From Spirochaetia bacterium (lineage in GTDB: Bacteria > Spirochaetota > Spirochaetia > SZUA-6 > Bin103): 64,000 nt of DNA. Numbering within the stretch: the stretch's first letter is position 1; each line of letters begins with the position of its first letter. Location: assembly GCA_965208575.1 (NCBI GenBank), contig CBDBOV010000004.1, positions 192,001 through 256,000 on the forward strand, given 5' to 3'. The notes beneath the pieces were generated by a model. The model saw only the letters and a list, made by a program, of their open reading frames with translations. It did no database searches and was not told the DNA's origin. Of this stretch, positions 9,845-19,834 are shown one piece after another. A program made the position numbers and the translations under genes.

Positions 9845-10942
9845 ATGGCAAAGCAGGTCAGCAAAGGAGCGAGCGTCACGGCGACGGCGGCAGCCGTTCC
9901 GGCGGGTGAGTTCTCCATCGGTCCCGATCCGGAACGCTTGAAGGCGCTCGATGCGGCCCGGCTGCAGATCGAGAAGCAATTCGGCAAGGGCTCGATCATG
10001 CAGCTCGGTTCGGCGGCTCAGCAGGCGGACATTCGCGTGGTACCGTCGGGGTCGGTGCTGCTCGACGCGGCGATGGGGGTGGGAGGATACCCGCGCGGCC
10101 GCATCATCGAGATCTTCGGACCCGAGTCATCCGGCAAGACCACCCTGGCTCTGCATGCGATCGCGGAGGCGCAGAAGGAACTGGGAATCGCGGCGTTCGT
10201 GGACGCCGAGCACGCGCTCGATCCGCACTACGCACGATCGCTCGGGGTGGATATCGACAAGCTTTGGGTGTCGCAGCCCGATCACGGAGAGCAGGCCCTG
10301 GAAATTGTCGAGTCGCTGATTCGCTCCGGAGCCGTGGACATCATCGTGGTCGACTCGGTGGCTGCTCTGACGCCGCGCGCCGAGATCGAGGGCGACATGG
10401 GCGACTCCCACATGGGGTTGCAGGCGCGGCTCATGAGCCAGGCGCTGCGCAAGCTGACCGGCACGATCAGCAAGTCGGGCACCTGTCTCATGTTCATCAA
10501 CCAGACGCGCATGAAGATCGGCGTCATGTTCGGCAACCCGGAGACGACCACCGGCGGAAACGCACTCAAGTTCTATTCGACGATCCGCATGGAGGTGCGC
10601 AAGATAGAGACCATCACCAAGGGAGCGGACAACCCCCTCGGCAACCGGGTGCGCGTACGGGTGGTCAAGAACAAGGTCGCCCCGCCGTTCCAGAAGGTGG
10701 AGCTGGAGATCATCTTCGGCAAGGGCATTTCGGCAGCCGGGAGCCTGCTCGATGCCGCCGTTGCGAATGGCATCATCGACAAGAGCGGCACCTGGTACTC
10801 GTACGGCGAAGACCGCATCGGACAGGGGCGTGAGAACGCGAGGCGTTTCCTGGAGGAGAAACATGACGTGCGCGAGGCGATCGATGAGCGCGTGCGAACG
10901 CTGCTGTTCGGCACCGCGTCCGATGCTGCGGCGGATGACTGA
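9845..10942 (+). CDS. recA: Recombinase RecA
   Basis: [45 protein letters not shown]. Confidence 0.99.
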   Translation: MAKQVSKGASVTATAAAVPAGEFSIGPDPERLKALDAARLQIEKQFGKGSIMQLGSAAQQADIRVVPSGSVLLDAAMGVGGYPRGRIIEIFGPESSGKTTLALHAIAEAQKELGIAAFVDAEHALDPHYARSLGVDIDKLWVSQPDHGEQALEIVESLIRSGAVDIIVVDSVAALTPRAEIEGDMGDSHMGLQARLMSQALRKLTGTISKSGTCLMFINQTRMKIGVMFGNPETTTGGNALKFYSTIRMEVRKIETITKGADNPLGNRVRVRVVKNKVAPPFQKVELEIIFGKGISAAGSLLDAAVANGIIDKSGTWYSYGEDRIGQGRENARRFLEEKHDVREAIDERVRTLLFGTASDAAADD

Positions 10943-11013
10943 CCGCCGGGCGCGCGCAACCTTCGCGGGTTGACGGCGCTCCCGCCAAACGCGTTACCAT
11001 CCCGGTAATTGCA

Positions 11014-11856
11014 ATGTCGACCGCGTACGACCAAGCCAACGGCCGCGCACCGCCCGAGTTGCCATTCGCGGGCAGCAGCGGTTCGGACGGAGCATTCGCC
11101 GACCTCAGCTTCCAACTGCACGAGTTCGAGGGCCCCCTCGACCTCCTGCTTCATCTGATCCAACGCGCCGAGGTCAACGTCTACGACATTCCCATTGCCG
11201 CGATTACCGACCAGTACCTGCGCTACGTCGCGTCGTCCGCCGCCCGCAACGGCGATCCACAGCGCCGTCTCGAACACTTGACCCAGTTCCAGGTGATGGC
11301 GGCGACGCTGTTGCATATCAAGTCACGCATGCTGCTGCCGCTCCCGTACACCGACGACCAGCCGTACGAGGATCCGCGCCGGGAGCTTGTCGAGCAGCTT
11401 CTGGAATACCAGCGGTTCAAGCGTCTCAGCGAGATCCTGGCGCAGCATCAGCAGGAGGCGCACTGGATCATCACGCGCCACGAACCACGGGTGCTTGTCG
11501 AGTCCCCTGAGTTGGACGACGGCAATGAAGTGCAGCTTTCCCCGGACGATCTCCTGGCCGCGTTCAAGAACATCGTGGCCGCCATCGGCGGCGAACAGCT
11601 CACCAGCCTGTACGAGGAGTTTACCGTCAACGAAAAGATCGCGCTGGTGTACGAGCGGTTGGCCCTGACGGCGGCGTTCTCGTTCCTGGAGTTGGTGCGC
11701 GGCGGGTCGGCGCTGGAGATCATCTGCGCGTTCTGGGCGGTGCTCGAACTGGCCAAGAGTCAGACCATAGCGGTGGTGCAGCGCCAACAGTTCGCTGCCA
11801 TCGTGGTAGAGCGGCGCGGCACCGGGTCGTTGCCCGCGGCAGAGTCCGGCGCGTGA
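11014..11856 (+). CDS. scpA: Segregation and condensation protein A
   Basis: FEGPLDLLLHLI, MAATLLHIKSRMLLP, FWAVLELAK. Confidence 0.93.
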   Translation: MSTAYDQANGRAPPELPFAGSSGSDGAFADLSFQLHEFEGPLDLLLHLIQRAEVNVYDIPIAAITDQYLRYVASSAARNGDPQRRLEHLTQFQVMAATLLHIKSRMLLPLPYTDDQPYEDPRRELVEQLLEYQRFKRLSEILAQHQQEAHWIITRHEPRVLVESPELDDGNEVQLSPDDLLAAFKNIVAAIGGEQLTSLYEEFTVNEKIALVYERLALTAAFSFLELVRGGSALEIICAFWAVLELAKSQTIAVVQRQQFAAIVVERRGTGSLPAAESGA

Positions 11857-12440
11857 GCCGAGTCGCGGACGGTACCGGGAAGGCCGTCGCCCCTCCGGCT
11901 GGACTGAAGCAGCAGAGCAAGCTGCTGGAGGGTATCCTGATGGTCGAGGCCGAGCCGCAGAGCACCGAGCGGCTGGCACGACTCACCGGCATGCCCGCCG
12001 GTGCGGTGCGCGCCGCGGTGGCCGAAGTGCAGCGTCGTTTCGAAGATCCGGAGCACGGGGTCCAGGTGCTGGAAGTGGCAGGCGGCTATACGCTGGTTCC
12101 GAAAGCCGAGTTGTGGCCGTGGCTGCGCCACCACTATGGACGCCTGTCGCGCGGCAGCCTGTCGCGCGCGGCGCTGGAGACGCTGGCCATCGTTGCCTAC
12201 TCGCAGCCGATCACCCGCAGCGAGATCGAAAGCGTGCGTGGCGTGTCGGCGGACGGGATGCTTCGGCTGCTCGGTGAGCGCGACCTGGTCCGCGAGGTGG
12301 GCCGCAAGGACGCTCCGGGGCGTCCGATCCAATACGGCACCTCCGGTGAATTCCTGCGCATCTTCGGGATCACCTCCATCGCCGACCTGCCCAAGCTGGC
12401 CGAGGCCGACCGCGAGAAGTTCAAGCTGCCCGATGGCTGA
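11853..12440 (+). CDS. scpB: Segregation and condensation protein B
   Basis: LSRAALETLAIVAYSQPITRSEIESVRGV, PGRPIQYGT. Confidence 0.95.
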   Translation: MSRVADGTGKAVAPPAGLKQQSKLLEGILMVEAEPQSTERLARLTGMPAGAVRAAVAEVQRRFEDPEHGVQVLEVAGGYTLVPKAELWPWLRHHYGRLSRGSLSRAALETLAIVAYSQPITRSEIESVRGVSADGMLRLLGERDLVREVGRKDAPGRPIQYGTSGEFLRIFGITSIADLPKLAEADREKFKLPDG

Positions 12441-13224
12441 CGCCCCGGCGCCGCCGGCCGAACCGAGCGCCGGCTCGGACGACGCGCCGCAGCGGTTGCA
12501 GGTGTTTCTCGCGCGCGCCGGGGTGGCTTCGCGGCGGGGCGGCGAGCGGCTCATCGCGAGCGGCAGGGTCGCGGTAAACGGAGAGCAGGTCACGGTGCAG
12601 GGGTGCACGGTGGCCGTGGGCGACCGCGTAACCGTCGATGGCAGGGTGGTGACCGCTGAGTTCCGGCCGGCCCACTTCGCGCTGCACAAGCCGGCGGGCT
12701 ACCTGTGCTCGAACACGGACCCGCGCAGGCGTCGGCTTGCACGGAACCTGCTTCCGCCCGAAGCCGGACGGACGTTCCACGTCGGAAGACTGGATCTCGC
12801 ATCAAGCGGACTCATCCTGTTCACCAACGACGGGCAGCTGGCGGTTCGCGTGACGCATCCGCGATACGGTGTGGAAAAGGAGTACGCGGTAACCACCGAC
12901 CGCCCGGTATCGATCGCGGTGCTGGAGCGATATCGAGCCGGCTGGTGCATCGGCGGCACCACCTACACGCTGGCCGGCTATCGCCGCAGCGACGGAAACC
13001 GAGTGACGCTGACCCTGACCGAGGGGCGCAATCGTGAAATCCGCCGGGTGCTCGGGCACGCCGGCTTGCGGGTTCGCCGGCTCGTGCGCGTGCGCATCGG
13101 TCCGGTCGCCCTGGACGGCATTGCTTCCGGAACCTGGCGGACTCTGAGTGCACCGGAGGTGACCTGGTTTCTCGATCGCCGGCCGCAAGCGGTGCGGCGC
13201 GTCGGGCCGGGGCGGCCGCGGTGA
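12433..13224 (+). CDS. rluB: RsuA/RluB family pseudouridine synthase
   Basis: S4 domain (RLQVFLARAGVASRR), HKPAG, VGRLD catalytic Asp, EGRNREIRR. Confidence 0.88.
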   Translation: MADAPAPPAEPSAGSDDAPQRLQVFLARAGVASRRGGERLIASGRVAVNGEQVTVQGCTVAVGDRVTVDGRVVTAEFRPAHFALHKPAGYLCSNTDPRRRRLARNLLPPEAGRTFHVGRLDLASSGLILFTNDGQLAVRVTHPRYGVEKEYAVTTDRPVSIAVLERYRAGWCIGGTTYTLAGYRRSDGNRVTLTLTEGRNREIRRVLGHAGLRVRRLVRVRIGPVALDGIASGTWRTLSAPEVTWFLDRRPQAVRRVGPGRPR

Positions 13225-13883
13225 GGGTGCCGGCGGTGATCGCGATAGACGGGCCGTCCGGTTCCGGCAAGTCGACCGTCGCGGCATGCGTGGCGCGCAG
13301 GTTGCACCTCCCGTGGCTGAGTTCCGGCGCACTGTACCGCGCGGTAACACGGTTGGCGTTGGACCGGCTGGGCGGAACCAGGAGTACCGAGCGGATACTC
13401 GACATGATGCGGTCGACGCACTGGACGGTGAGCGGCGGGTCGGTATATGCTGCCGGTCTGGACCTTAGCCCGTCACTATACAGTTCGGAAGTGGACGGCC
13501 TGGTAGCGCCGCTGTCCGCCGTTCCCGCGATTCGCACCGAGATCAACCGGACCCTGCGGGCACGGGTGGCCGCCGGCAGGTGGGTGGTCGAAGGCCGCGA
13601 CATGGGGACCGAAGTGTTCCCCGAGGCGATCGTGAAGGTGTTTCTCGATGCCGACCCGGATGTGCGTGCCACGAGGAGGGCTCGCCAGCGCGGGTCGGCC
13701 GGTCCGGTGGTGGGGCGGATCGCCGAGGACTTGGCCGAACGCGACCGCCGCGACCGGCGAAAGCCGATGGGCGCGTTGCGTCCGGCCGCGGATGCGCAAC
13801 TGATTGAAACTTCGCACTTGACGGTGGCTGAGGTTTGTGCGAAGGTTGTGTCCGTAATCCCCACTAATTTCCCCCCGGAGTAA
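13221..13883 (+). CDS. cmk: Cytidylate kinase
   Basis: IAIDGPSGSGKST, SGALYRA, EGRDMGTEVFP. Confidence 0.93.
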   Translation: MRVPAVIAIDGPSGSGKSTVAACVARRLHLPWLSSGALYRAVTRLALDRLGGTRSTERILDMMRSTHWTVSGGSVYAAGLDLSPSLYSSEVDGLVAPLSAVPAIRTEINRTLRARVAAGRWVVEGRDMGTEVFPEAIVKVFLDADPDVRATRRARQRGSAGPVVGRIAEDLAERDRRDRRKPMGALRPAADAQLIETSHLTVAEVCAKVVSVIPTNFPPE

Positions 13884-13896
13884 TCCTGTTCGCATT

Positions 13897-15600
13897 ATGA
13901 GCGACTCGGAAGCAGGCGCGTCGAAGCCCCAATCCTTCGAATCACAACTGCAAGAGCAATACATCACCCGCCTTGATCAGGTGGAAGAGGGTCAGTTGAT
14001 CACGGGTCACGTGATCGAAGTTGGCCCCGAAACCGTGTTCGTGGATGTCGGTCTGAAGTCGGAAGGCCGCATACCACTCGATGAATTCGACAAGCCGCCG
14101 CACGTCAAGGACGAGGTGAACGTCGTCCTGTTGCGCAAGGAGGGCCGCCACGGTGAAGTGGTGGTGTCCAAGCGCAAGGCCGACGAGCAGGTCGTGTGGC
14201 GGGCACTGAAGGAGTCCGACGAGACCGGCGAGCCGGTGCCTGGTCGGGTTACCCGGAAGATCAAGGGCGGCTACGAGGTTGACCTCGGCGCGGCTCTGCG
14301 AGCGTTCGTGCCGTTCTCGAAGGTCGACGTGATGCGCGTACGGGACGAGGACGCCTACATCGGCCTGGAGACGCGGTTCTTCGTGGAGCAGCTCTACAAC
14401 CGCGGCAAGGTCAACATCGTCCTGAACCGGAAGTCGTGGCTGGAGCGCGAGGCGCGCAAGAAGCGCGATCAGTTCTACGAGAGCGCGGCGGTGGGAGACG
14501 TATACCGCGGCACGGTGAAGACGTTCACCTCGTTCGGCGCGTTCGTCGACCTGGGCGGCTTCGACGGACTGCTGCACGTGAACGACATGCGCTGGGGACA
14601 CGTGGCCTCACCCAAGGATGCCGTGGTGATCGGCGAAGAGGTGGACGTCAAGGTGATCCGCATCGATCGCGACTCGCAGAAGGTCAATCTCAGTCTCAAG
14701 CACTTCACACCCGATCCGTGGACCACCTTCGAAGAGCGTTACACCGTGGACGACGTGGTAACCGGCAAGGTGAGCAAGATCACGGACTTCGGTGCGTTCA
14801 TCGAAATCGAGCCGGGCATCGAAGGCCTGCTGCATATCTCGGACATGTCGTGGGTCAGAAAGATCGGCCACCCGCGCGAGGTGCTTGGCGGCGGCGACGA
14901 GGTGCAGGTCAAGATCCTGGACTACGACCTGGAGCGGGGCAAGCTGTCGCTCGGGCTCAAGCACGTTCTGCCGAATCCGTGGGACACCGTGGAGGAGCGG
15001 TTCCCGCCCGGCAAGGTGGTAAAGGGCACGGTGCGCAACATCACCAGCTACGGAGCGTTCGTCCAGTTGGAGGAGGGCATCGACGGGCTGCTGCACGTCG
15101 AGGACATGTCCTGGACCAAGAAGGTGCGCAATCCGGGCTCGGTGGTGAATTCCGGCGAGGAGATCGAAGTTGCGGTGGTCGACCTGGACAAGAAGGCACG
15201 CCGCATCCGGCTTGGCTTGAAGCAACTCTCCGATGACCCGTGGGAGGCTCTGGCACGCGCCTTCAAGCGCGGCAGCGTCATTGAGGGCGAGGTGAGCAGC
15301 AAGACCGATTTCGGGGTATTCCTGCGGGTGCAGGGAGGCATCGAGGGGCTGATCGCAAACAACCAGCTCGCCGAACCGAGCGGAGGCGCCATCGACAGGA
15401 TGCGCGACGAGATCAGCGTCGGCGATCCGTTGAAGGCGGTCGTTACCGAGGTGAGCGCCGACAAGCAGCGGCTGTCCCTGTCGCTGCGCGAGTTGCAGCG
15501 CCGTGAAGAGCGTCAGGAACTGGTGAAGTATATTCACGACGATGAAGAGCCGGATCGCGTGTCGCTTGGCGAGTTCCTCAGAGACCGCACGAACGAGTGA
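13897..15600 (+). CDS. rpsA: 30S ribosomal protein S1
   Basis: Six S1 repeats (FGAFV...GLLH...DMSW); follows cmk. Confidence 0.97.
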   Translation: MSDSEAGASKPQSFESQLQEQYITRLDQVEEGQLITGHVIEVGPETVFVDVGLKSEGRIPLDEFDKPPHVKDEVNVVLLRKEGRHGEVVVSKRKADEQVVWRALKESDETGEPVPGRVTRKIKGGYEVDLGAALRAFVPFSKVDVMRVRDEDAYIGLETRFFVEQLYNRGKVNIVLNRKSWLEREARKKRDQFYESAAVGDVYRGTVKTFTSFGAFVDLGGFDGLLHVNDMRWGHVASPKDAVVIGEEVDVKVIRIDRDSQKVNLSLKHFTPDPWTTFEERYTVDDVVTGKVSKITDFGAFIEIEPGIEGLLHISDMSWVRKIGHPREVLGGGDEVQVKILDYDLERGKLSLGLKHVLPNPWDTVEERFPPGKVVKGTVRNITSYGAFVQLEEGIDGLLHVEDMSWTKKVRNPGSVVNSGEEIEVAVVDLDKKARRIRLGLKQLSDDPWEALARAFKRGSVIEGEVSSKTDFGVFLRVQGGIEGLIANNQLAEPSGGAIDRMRDEISVGDPLKAVVTEVSADKQRLSLSLRELQRREERQELVKYIHDDEEPDRVSLGEFLRDRTNE

Positions 15601-15633
15601 TGTACCGGAGTCGCGGCTCGGAGGGGTGCACCG

Positions 15634-16338
15634 GTGAGTAGCGCCCAGTCATCTTCGGCAGCTACGTCCGGTGTCGTCACCCTGGTGTCGGCATTCGTCG
15701 AACGCTACCGGTTGCCGCTGCTGGTGGTGGCGGGCGTGGTGGTGGCGGCGCTCGGCGTGTGGCTGATCTGGGCAGAACGCGAACGCAGCGTGGAGGAGAG
15801 TTCGGCGCTGCGTGCCGAGCAGTTGCAGGATCTGTTCGAGTCTTGGAACGGAGCCCCCGACGGCACCCGCAAGACCAACCTGGGCAACGACCTCATCGAA
15901 GAGGTGGACCTCCTGTTGCGGCAATTCCCGCGCCGCTACGCCGCCCAGCGGGCGCTCTACGTGCGCGCCGAGTATTGGTTCGCGACCGAGCAGTGGCAGA
16001 ACGCCGCCGCTGACTGGCAGGAGCTGGCGGAGCGCTGGCCCACCAGCTACCTGGCGCCGTTGAGCATCTTCAACGCCGCGGTCTCCCTGGAGGAAGCGGG
16101 CGAGGCGGAGGCGGCGCGCGCGCATCTCGAGCGCCTGGTCGCCGACTGGGAGCACAACCTGCTGGTCCCTCGTGCGCTGTTTTCCATCGGCCGCATGGCT
16201 GAGCAGCGGACTGACTACGACGCGGCGCGCGAAGCGTACGCCAGGGTGACCGACGATCACGCCGGCAGCAGTTGGGCTACCGCCGTGCGCAACCGCCTCA
16301 TCGCACTGGAAACGCAGGGCCTGCTGCCGGCAGAGTAG
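15634..16338 (+). CDS. Membrane-anchored tetratricopeptide repeat protein (YfgM-like)
   Basis: N-terminal TM helix followed by TPR pairs (...WPTSYLAP...). Confidence 0.75.
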   Translation: MSSAQSSSAATSGVVTLVSAFVERYRLPLLVVAGVVVAALGVWLIWAERERSVEESSALRAEQLQDLFESWNGAPDGTRKTNLGNDLIEEVDLLLRQFPRRYAAQRALYVRAEYWFATEQWQNAAADWQELAERWPTSYLAPLSIFNAAVSLEEAGEAEAARAHLERLVADWEHNLLVPRALFSIGRMAEQRTDYDAAREAYARVTDDHAGSSWATAVRNRLIALETQGLLPAE

Positions 16339-16345
16339 GGGAGGC

Positions 16346-17014
16346 GTGGCGCTGGCGCGGACGTTGCGCGCAGGCGCGCTGGTGGTCGCGGTCGCAATCT
16401 GCGCCACCTCCGGCTGCGGCCTCCCGGACGCCCGGCCTGTCCTGCCTCCACCCACGGACCCTGACTCTTCCGTGACGGCGCGAAGATTCACGTTCAAGGT
16501 GCCCGATTCTACCGACGCGCCGTTCCTGGGCATCGAGCTGTACTACCGGATCGTGCCGGTCGGGTCGGTGCCCGAGCCTGATCGGGAGTCGCGCGAGGAG
16601 TTGGCGGCGCACGGTTTCCGCCGCATCGCGAGCAGCACCGACGACGATCCGCCGTCACTTCCGCTGATCGACGGGCCGGATGCCGGTGTCGTGGTCACGA
16701 TCGATTTCAGCGATTTCAACGAGGCGGAGCCGGGTGAGGATCCTCCGACGGCCAGTTGGGCCGGCGGTGACGACGTGTCGCTGCGGCGGGCGGTCCGGAG
16801 TGGGACCGATGGCTACAAGAGGTTCGCGTGCGACCAGTTTGACCCCGGCGACGTTGACATCGGGACCGTGACCGATGAGCTTGCCGATCCGGGGAATTGC
16901 GAGATGGTACAGCTCCAACTCTACGCCCTGTCGTACGGGGCCACGGACCGTTTCACCGTCTACAGCGAGCCATTGTACCTGCACTCCATCGACCTGACGT
17001 TCATGCGCCAGTGA
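16346..17014 (+). CDS. Hypothetical lipoprotein
   Basis: Signal peptide ending in a lipobox-like TSGC; GGAGG SD; operonic position. Confidence 0.65.
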   Translation: MALARTLRAGALVVAVAICATSGCGLPDARPVLPPPTDPDSSVTARRFTFKVPDSTDAPFLGIELYYRIVPVGSVPEPDRESREELAAHGFRRIASSTDDDPPSLPLIDGPDAGVVVTIDFSDFNEAEPGEDPPTASWAGGDDVSLRRAVRSGTDGYKRFACDQFDPGDVDIGTVTDELADPGNCEMVQLQLYALSYGATDRFTVYSEPLYLHSIDLTFMRQ

Positions 17015-17280
17015 TCGAATACATCGAAGTCGGGCTGACGTTCGTGACGATCGGGCTGACGGCGGCGATCTTCTGTCATTTCGTGTTGCGCCGCCGGGTG
17101 CCGGGGGAGTTCTGGGGAGCGCTGATCGTCGGGTTGATCGGCGCCGTGCTCGGAGGCCTCCTGGACCAGGCGTTCGCGGGCGTGATCGAGCGCCTGTCGC
17201 GCTTCAATACCGTCAACGTGTTCGCGGCGGCGTTCTGTGCGTTCCTGCTGATCTGGTTGTTCTCCCGCCTCAACGACTGA
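17011..17280 (+). CDS. Small 3-TM membrane protein (GlsB/YeaQ/YmgE-like)
   Basis: GALIVGLIGAVLGG motif; GTGA overlap with the upstream gene. Confidence 0.65.
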   Translation: MIEYIEVGLTFVTIGLTAAIFCHFVLRRRVPGEFWGALIVGLIGAVLGGLLDQAFAGVIERLSRFNTVNVFAAAFCAFLLIWLFSRLND

Positions 17281-17728
17281 TCTCGCCGACCCAAGCGCGT
17301 GCTCGTTCGACGTGTTCCCCAACCCGCCACAAGGAAACAAAGATGTCGCGCACCACGCCGTGCTCGTCGATGAGGAAGGTGACGCGTCCGGTACGGTTCA
17401 GCAACAGGCGAGTGCTCGCACCGTACCGACGGCGTACGGCTCCGTCCGGGTCGCTGACGATGGGAAACGGCAGCGCGTGGCGGGCGGCGAACCCGTGGTG
17501 CGTCTCCGGCGAGTCGCTGCTGACGCCGACCACCTCGGCGCCGGCGGTCACCAGTTCCTCGTAGATGTCACGGAACCCGCACGCCTGCGCGGTGCAGCCC
17601 GCCGTGTGGTCGCGCGGATAGAAGAACAGCACCACCTTGCGCCCGCGCAGGGAGCTGAGTCGAAGCGGGGTACCTGCGCCGGTGGTCAGTTCGAAGTCGG
17701 GGGCCGGCTCGTTCAAGGAAACACTCAC
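17270..17728 (-). CDS. bcp: Peroxiredoxin, BCP/PrxQ family
   Basis: APDF, FFYPRDHTAGCTAQAC, VVGVSSD, RVTFLID; start inferred. Confidence 0.9.
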   Translation of the reverse strand: MSVSLNEPAPDFELTTGAGTPLRLSSLRGRKVVLFFYPRDHTAGCTAQACGFRDIYEELVTAGAEVVGVSSDSPETHHGFAARHALPFPIVSDPDGAVRRRYGASTRLLLNRTGRVTFLIDEHGVVRDIFVSLWRVGEHVERARAWVGEISR

Positions 17729-17874
17729 GATGGTACCCAGTCTACCAGCAGTCGCACCCGTTCGGAACCGCATGCAAGCGCCGATAATGTATATTCTGTC
17801 TACTTGTGGGTCGCGGAAGGCGCCGACGCGGGCCCCGCTTCGCGTATGCGCGCCGCCAATGCTACCCTGTCGGC

Positions 17875-18798
17875 ATGAACAAGATCGAGCGAATGCACAC
17901 CATGCTGCGCGGCGAGCGGCCGGACCGGGTGCCGGCCGGGTTCTGGTTCCACTTTCCGGAATCCGCCGCAGCCGGGACCGCGATGGCGCAGGCGCACATC
18001 GACTACTACCGCGCCGCCGACCCCGACCTGCTGAAGGTGATGAATGACAACGGCTACGAAGCGGTCGGCGTGGACGTGGTGAGGTCGCCCGCGGACTGGC
18101 GCAAGCTGGAGCCGGCACCGTTGTCTTCGGCGCCCTATCAGGCACAGCTCGCGGGCCTGCGCGCCCTGGTGGATGTCCTCGGCGGCGAGGTGCTGATGGC
18201 GACGACCATCTTCAACCCGTACGCCACCGGCAACCAGATCAGTGACAACAAGGTCACCGAGCACCTGAAGGAAGACCCGGAGGCGGTCTCGGCGGGGCTT
18301 GCCGCGATCGCGGAGAGCCTGGCCGAGTTTTCGGCTGCCTGCATCGACGCCGGGGCGGCCGGTATCTACTTCTCGGCGCAAGGCGGCGACGCGTCCCGGT
18401 TCACCGCGGAGGAGCACCGGCGCTACATCAAGCCGCACGACGTCACCGTGCTGGAGGCGGCCACGGCGGCGGGGGCCACCTGCAACATCGTGCACATATG
18501 CGGGCGCGGAATCCGCTTGGAGCACTACGTGGACTATCCGGGGCACACGGTGAACTGGGCGCCGCAGAACGACAACCTGAGCCTGACGGCGGGCCGCGAC
18601 CTGTTTCGGCGGCCGATCATCGGCGGCATCGATGAACGGGGGCCGATCGTGGACGGGCCGCGCGAGGCGATCGCCGCCGAGGTGCACGGTGCGCTGGCGA
18701 CGATGGGCAGCGCCGGATTCATGGTCGGCGCCGGCTGCACGCTGCCGAACGACGTGGAGGTGGAACACCTCGCGTGGGCGCGGGAGGCGGTGAGCTAA
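17875..18798 (+). CDS. Uroporphyrinogen decarboxylase (URO-D/MtaA-CmuA) family protein, probably not HemE
   Basis: GERPDRVP, NIVHICG, IIGGID, FMVGAGCTLP. Confidence 0.8.
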   Translation: MNKIERMHTMLRGERPDRVPAGFWFHFPESAAAGTAMAQAHIDYYRAADPDLLKVMNDNGYEAVGVDVVRSPADWRKLEPAPLSSAPYQAQLAGLRALVDVLGGEVLMATTIFNPYATGNQISDNKVTEHLKEDPEAVSAGLAAIAESLAEFSAACIDAGAAGIYFSAQGGDASRFTAEEHRRYIKPHDVTVLEAATAAGATCNIVHICGRGIRLEHYVDYPGHTVNWAPQNDNLSLTAGRDLFRRPIIGGIDERGPIVDGPREAIAAEVHGALATMGSAGFMVGAGCTLPNDVEVEHLAWAREAVS

Positions 18799-18823
18799 CC
18801 GCGACTCGCGGCGGCGGGCGCGG

Positions 18824-19834
18824 TCAGGGATAGCGGGCGCGGAACTCCCCTACCCGGGCGCGGGCGCCGGTATCGAGGCCGCTGCGTTCGCCACGCGCGA
18901 GCAGGTGGTAGCCGAGACCGGCTATCATGGCCGCGTTGTCGGTGCACAGCCTGAGGCTGGGATAGACCGTGCGCACCGGCTCCGCGTCCAGCCGGCGCCG
19001 CAGGTAGGTGTTGGCGGCCACGCCTCCGGCCGCCACGATGCAGTCGATGCCGGTTTCGCGGCTGGCGAGCAGCGCCTTGTCCACCACGATGTCGACCGCG
19101 GTCTGCTGAAAGGCGGCGGCCAGATTGGGCAGCGTGTCCTGGTGCGCCGGATCGCGAAACTGGTCGCGCTGGTGAATTACCGCGGTCTTGAGGCCCGAGT
19201 AGGACACGTCGAAGCGGTGGTCCCCCTTGTGCAGGGAGGGGCGAGGAAACCGGTACGCCGCGGCATCGCCGTCTTCGGCGAGATTCTGGATGGCGACGCC
19301 GCCCGGAAATCCGATGTCGAAGTACTTGGCGACCTTGTCGAACGCTTCGCCGCAGGCGTCGTCGATGGTGGCGCCCATCACCGTGATGCGGTCGAACCCG
19401 TAGACCTGGGCGATCAAGGTGTGGCCGCCGGACAGCAGCAGCCCGATGTAGGGATAGGAGAGGTCGCGCTCCAGGTGCGGGGCGTAGAAGTGCGCCTGTA
19501 CGTGATCCACCGCGATCATCGGCAGGCCAAGCGCGAGCGCCAAACCCTTGGCGTAGGACAGGCCCACCAGCAAGGATCCGATCAACCCGGGGCGGGTGGT
19601 AACGGCGAGCGCATCAATGGCCGACAACTCCACGCCGGCGTCGGCGAGGGCGTGTTCCACGACGCCGTCGATCCACTCGACGTGCTTGCGGCTGGCGATC
19701 TCCGGGACCACGCCCCGGTAGCGGCGGTGTTCCTCGATCTGGGAGTAGACCACGTTGCTGAGCATCGTCGAGCCGTCGGCAACGACCGCGGCCGCACACT
19801 CGTCGCACGAGGTCTCGATCCCCAGTACCGTCAC
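18824..19834 (-). CDS. tsaD: tRNA N6-adenosine threonylcarbamoyltransferase
   Basis: LGIETSCDE, GVVPEIASRKH, HVQAH, SGGHT, GEAFDKVA, CTDNAAMI. Confidence 0.97.
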   Translation of the reverse strand: MTVLGIETSCDECAAAVVADGSTMLSNVVYSQIEEHRRYRGVVPEIASRKHVEWIDGVVEHALADAGVELSAIDALAVTTRPGLIGSLLVGLSYAKGLALALGLPMIAVDHVQAHFYAPHLERDLSYPYIGLLLSGGHTLIAQVYGFDRITVMGATIDDACGEAFDKVAKYFDIGFPGGVAIQNLAEDGDAAAYRFPRPSLHKGDHRFDVSYSGLKTAVIHQRDQFRDPAHQDTLPNLAAAFQQTAVDIVVDKALLASRETGIDCIVAAGGVAANTYLRRRLDAEPVRTVYPSLRLCTDNAAMIAGLGYHLLARGERSGLDTGARARVGEFRARYP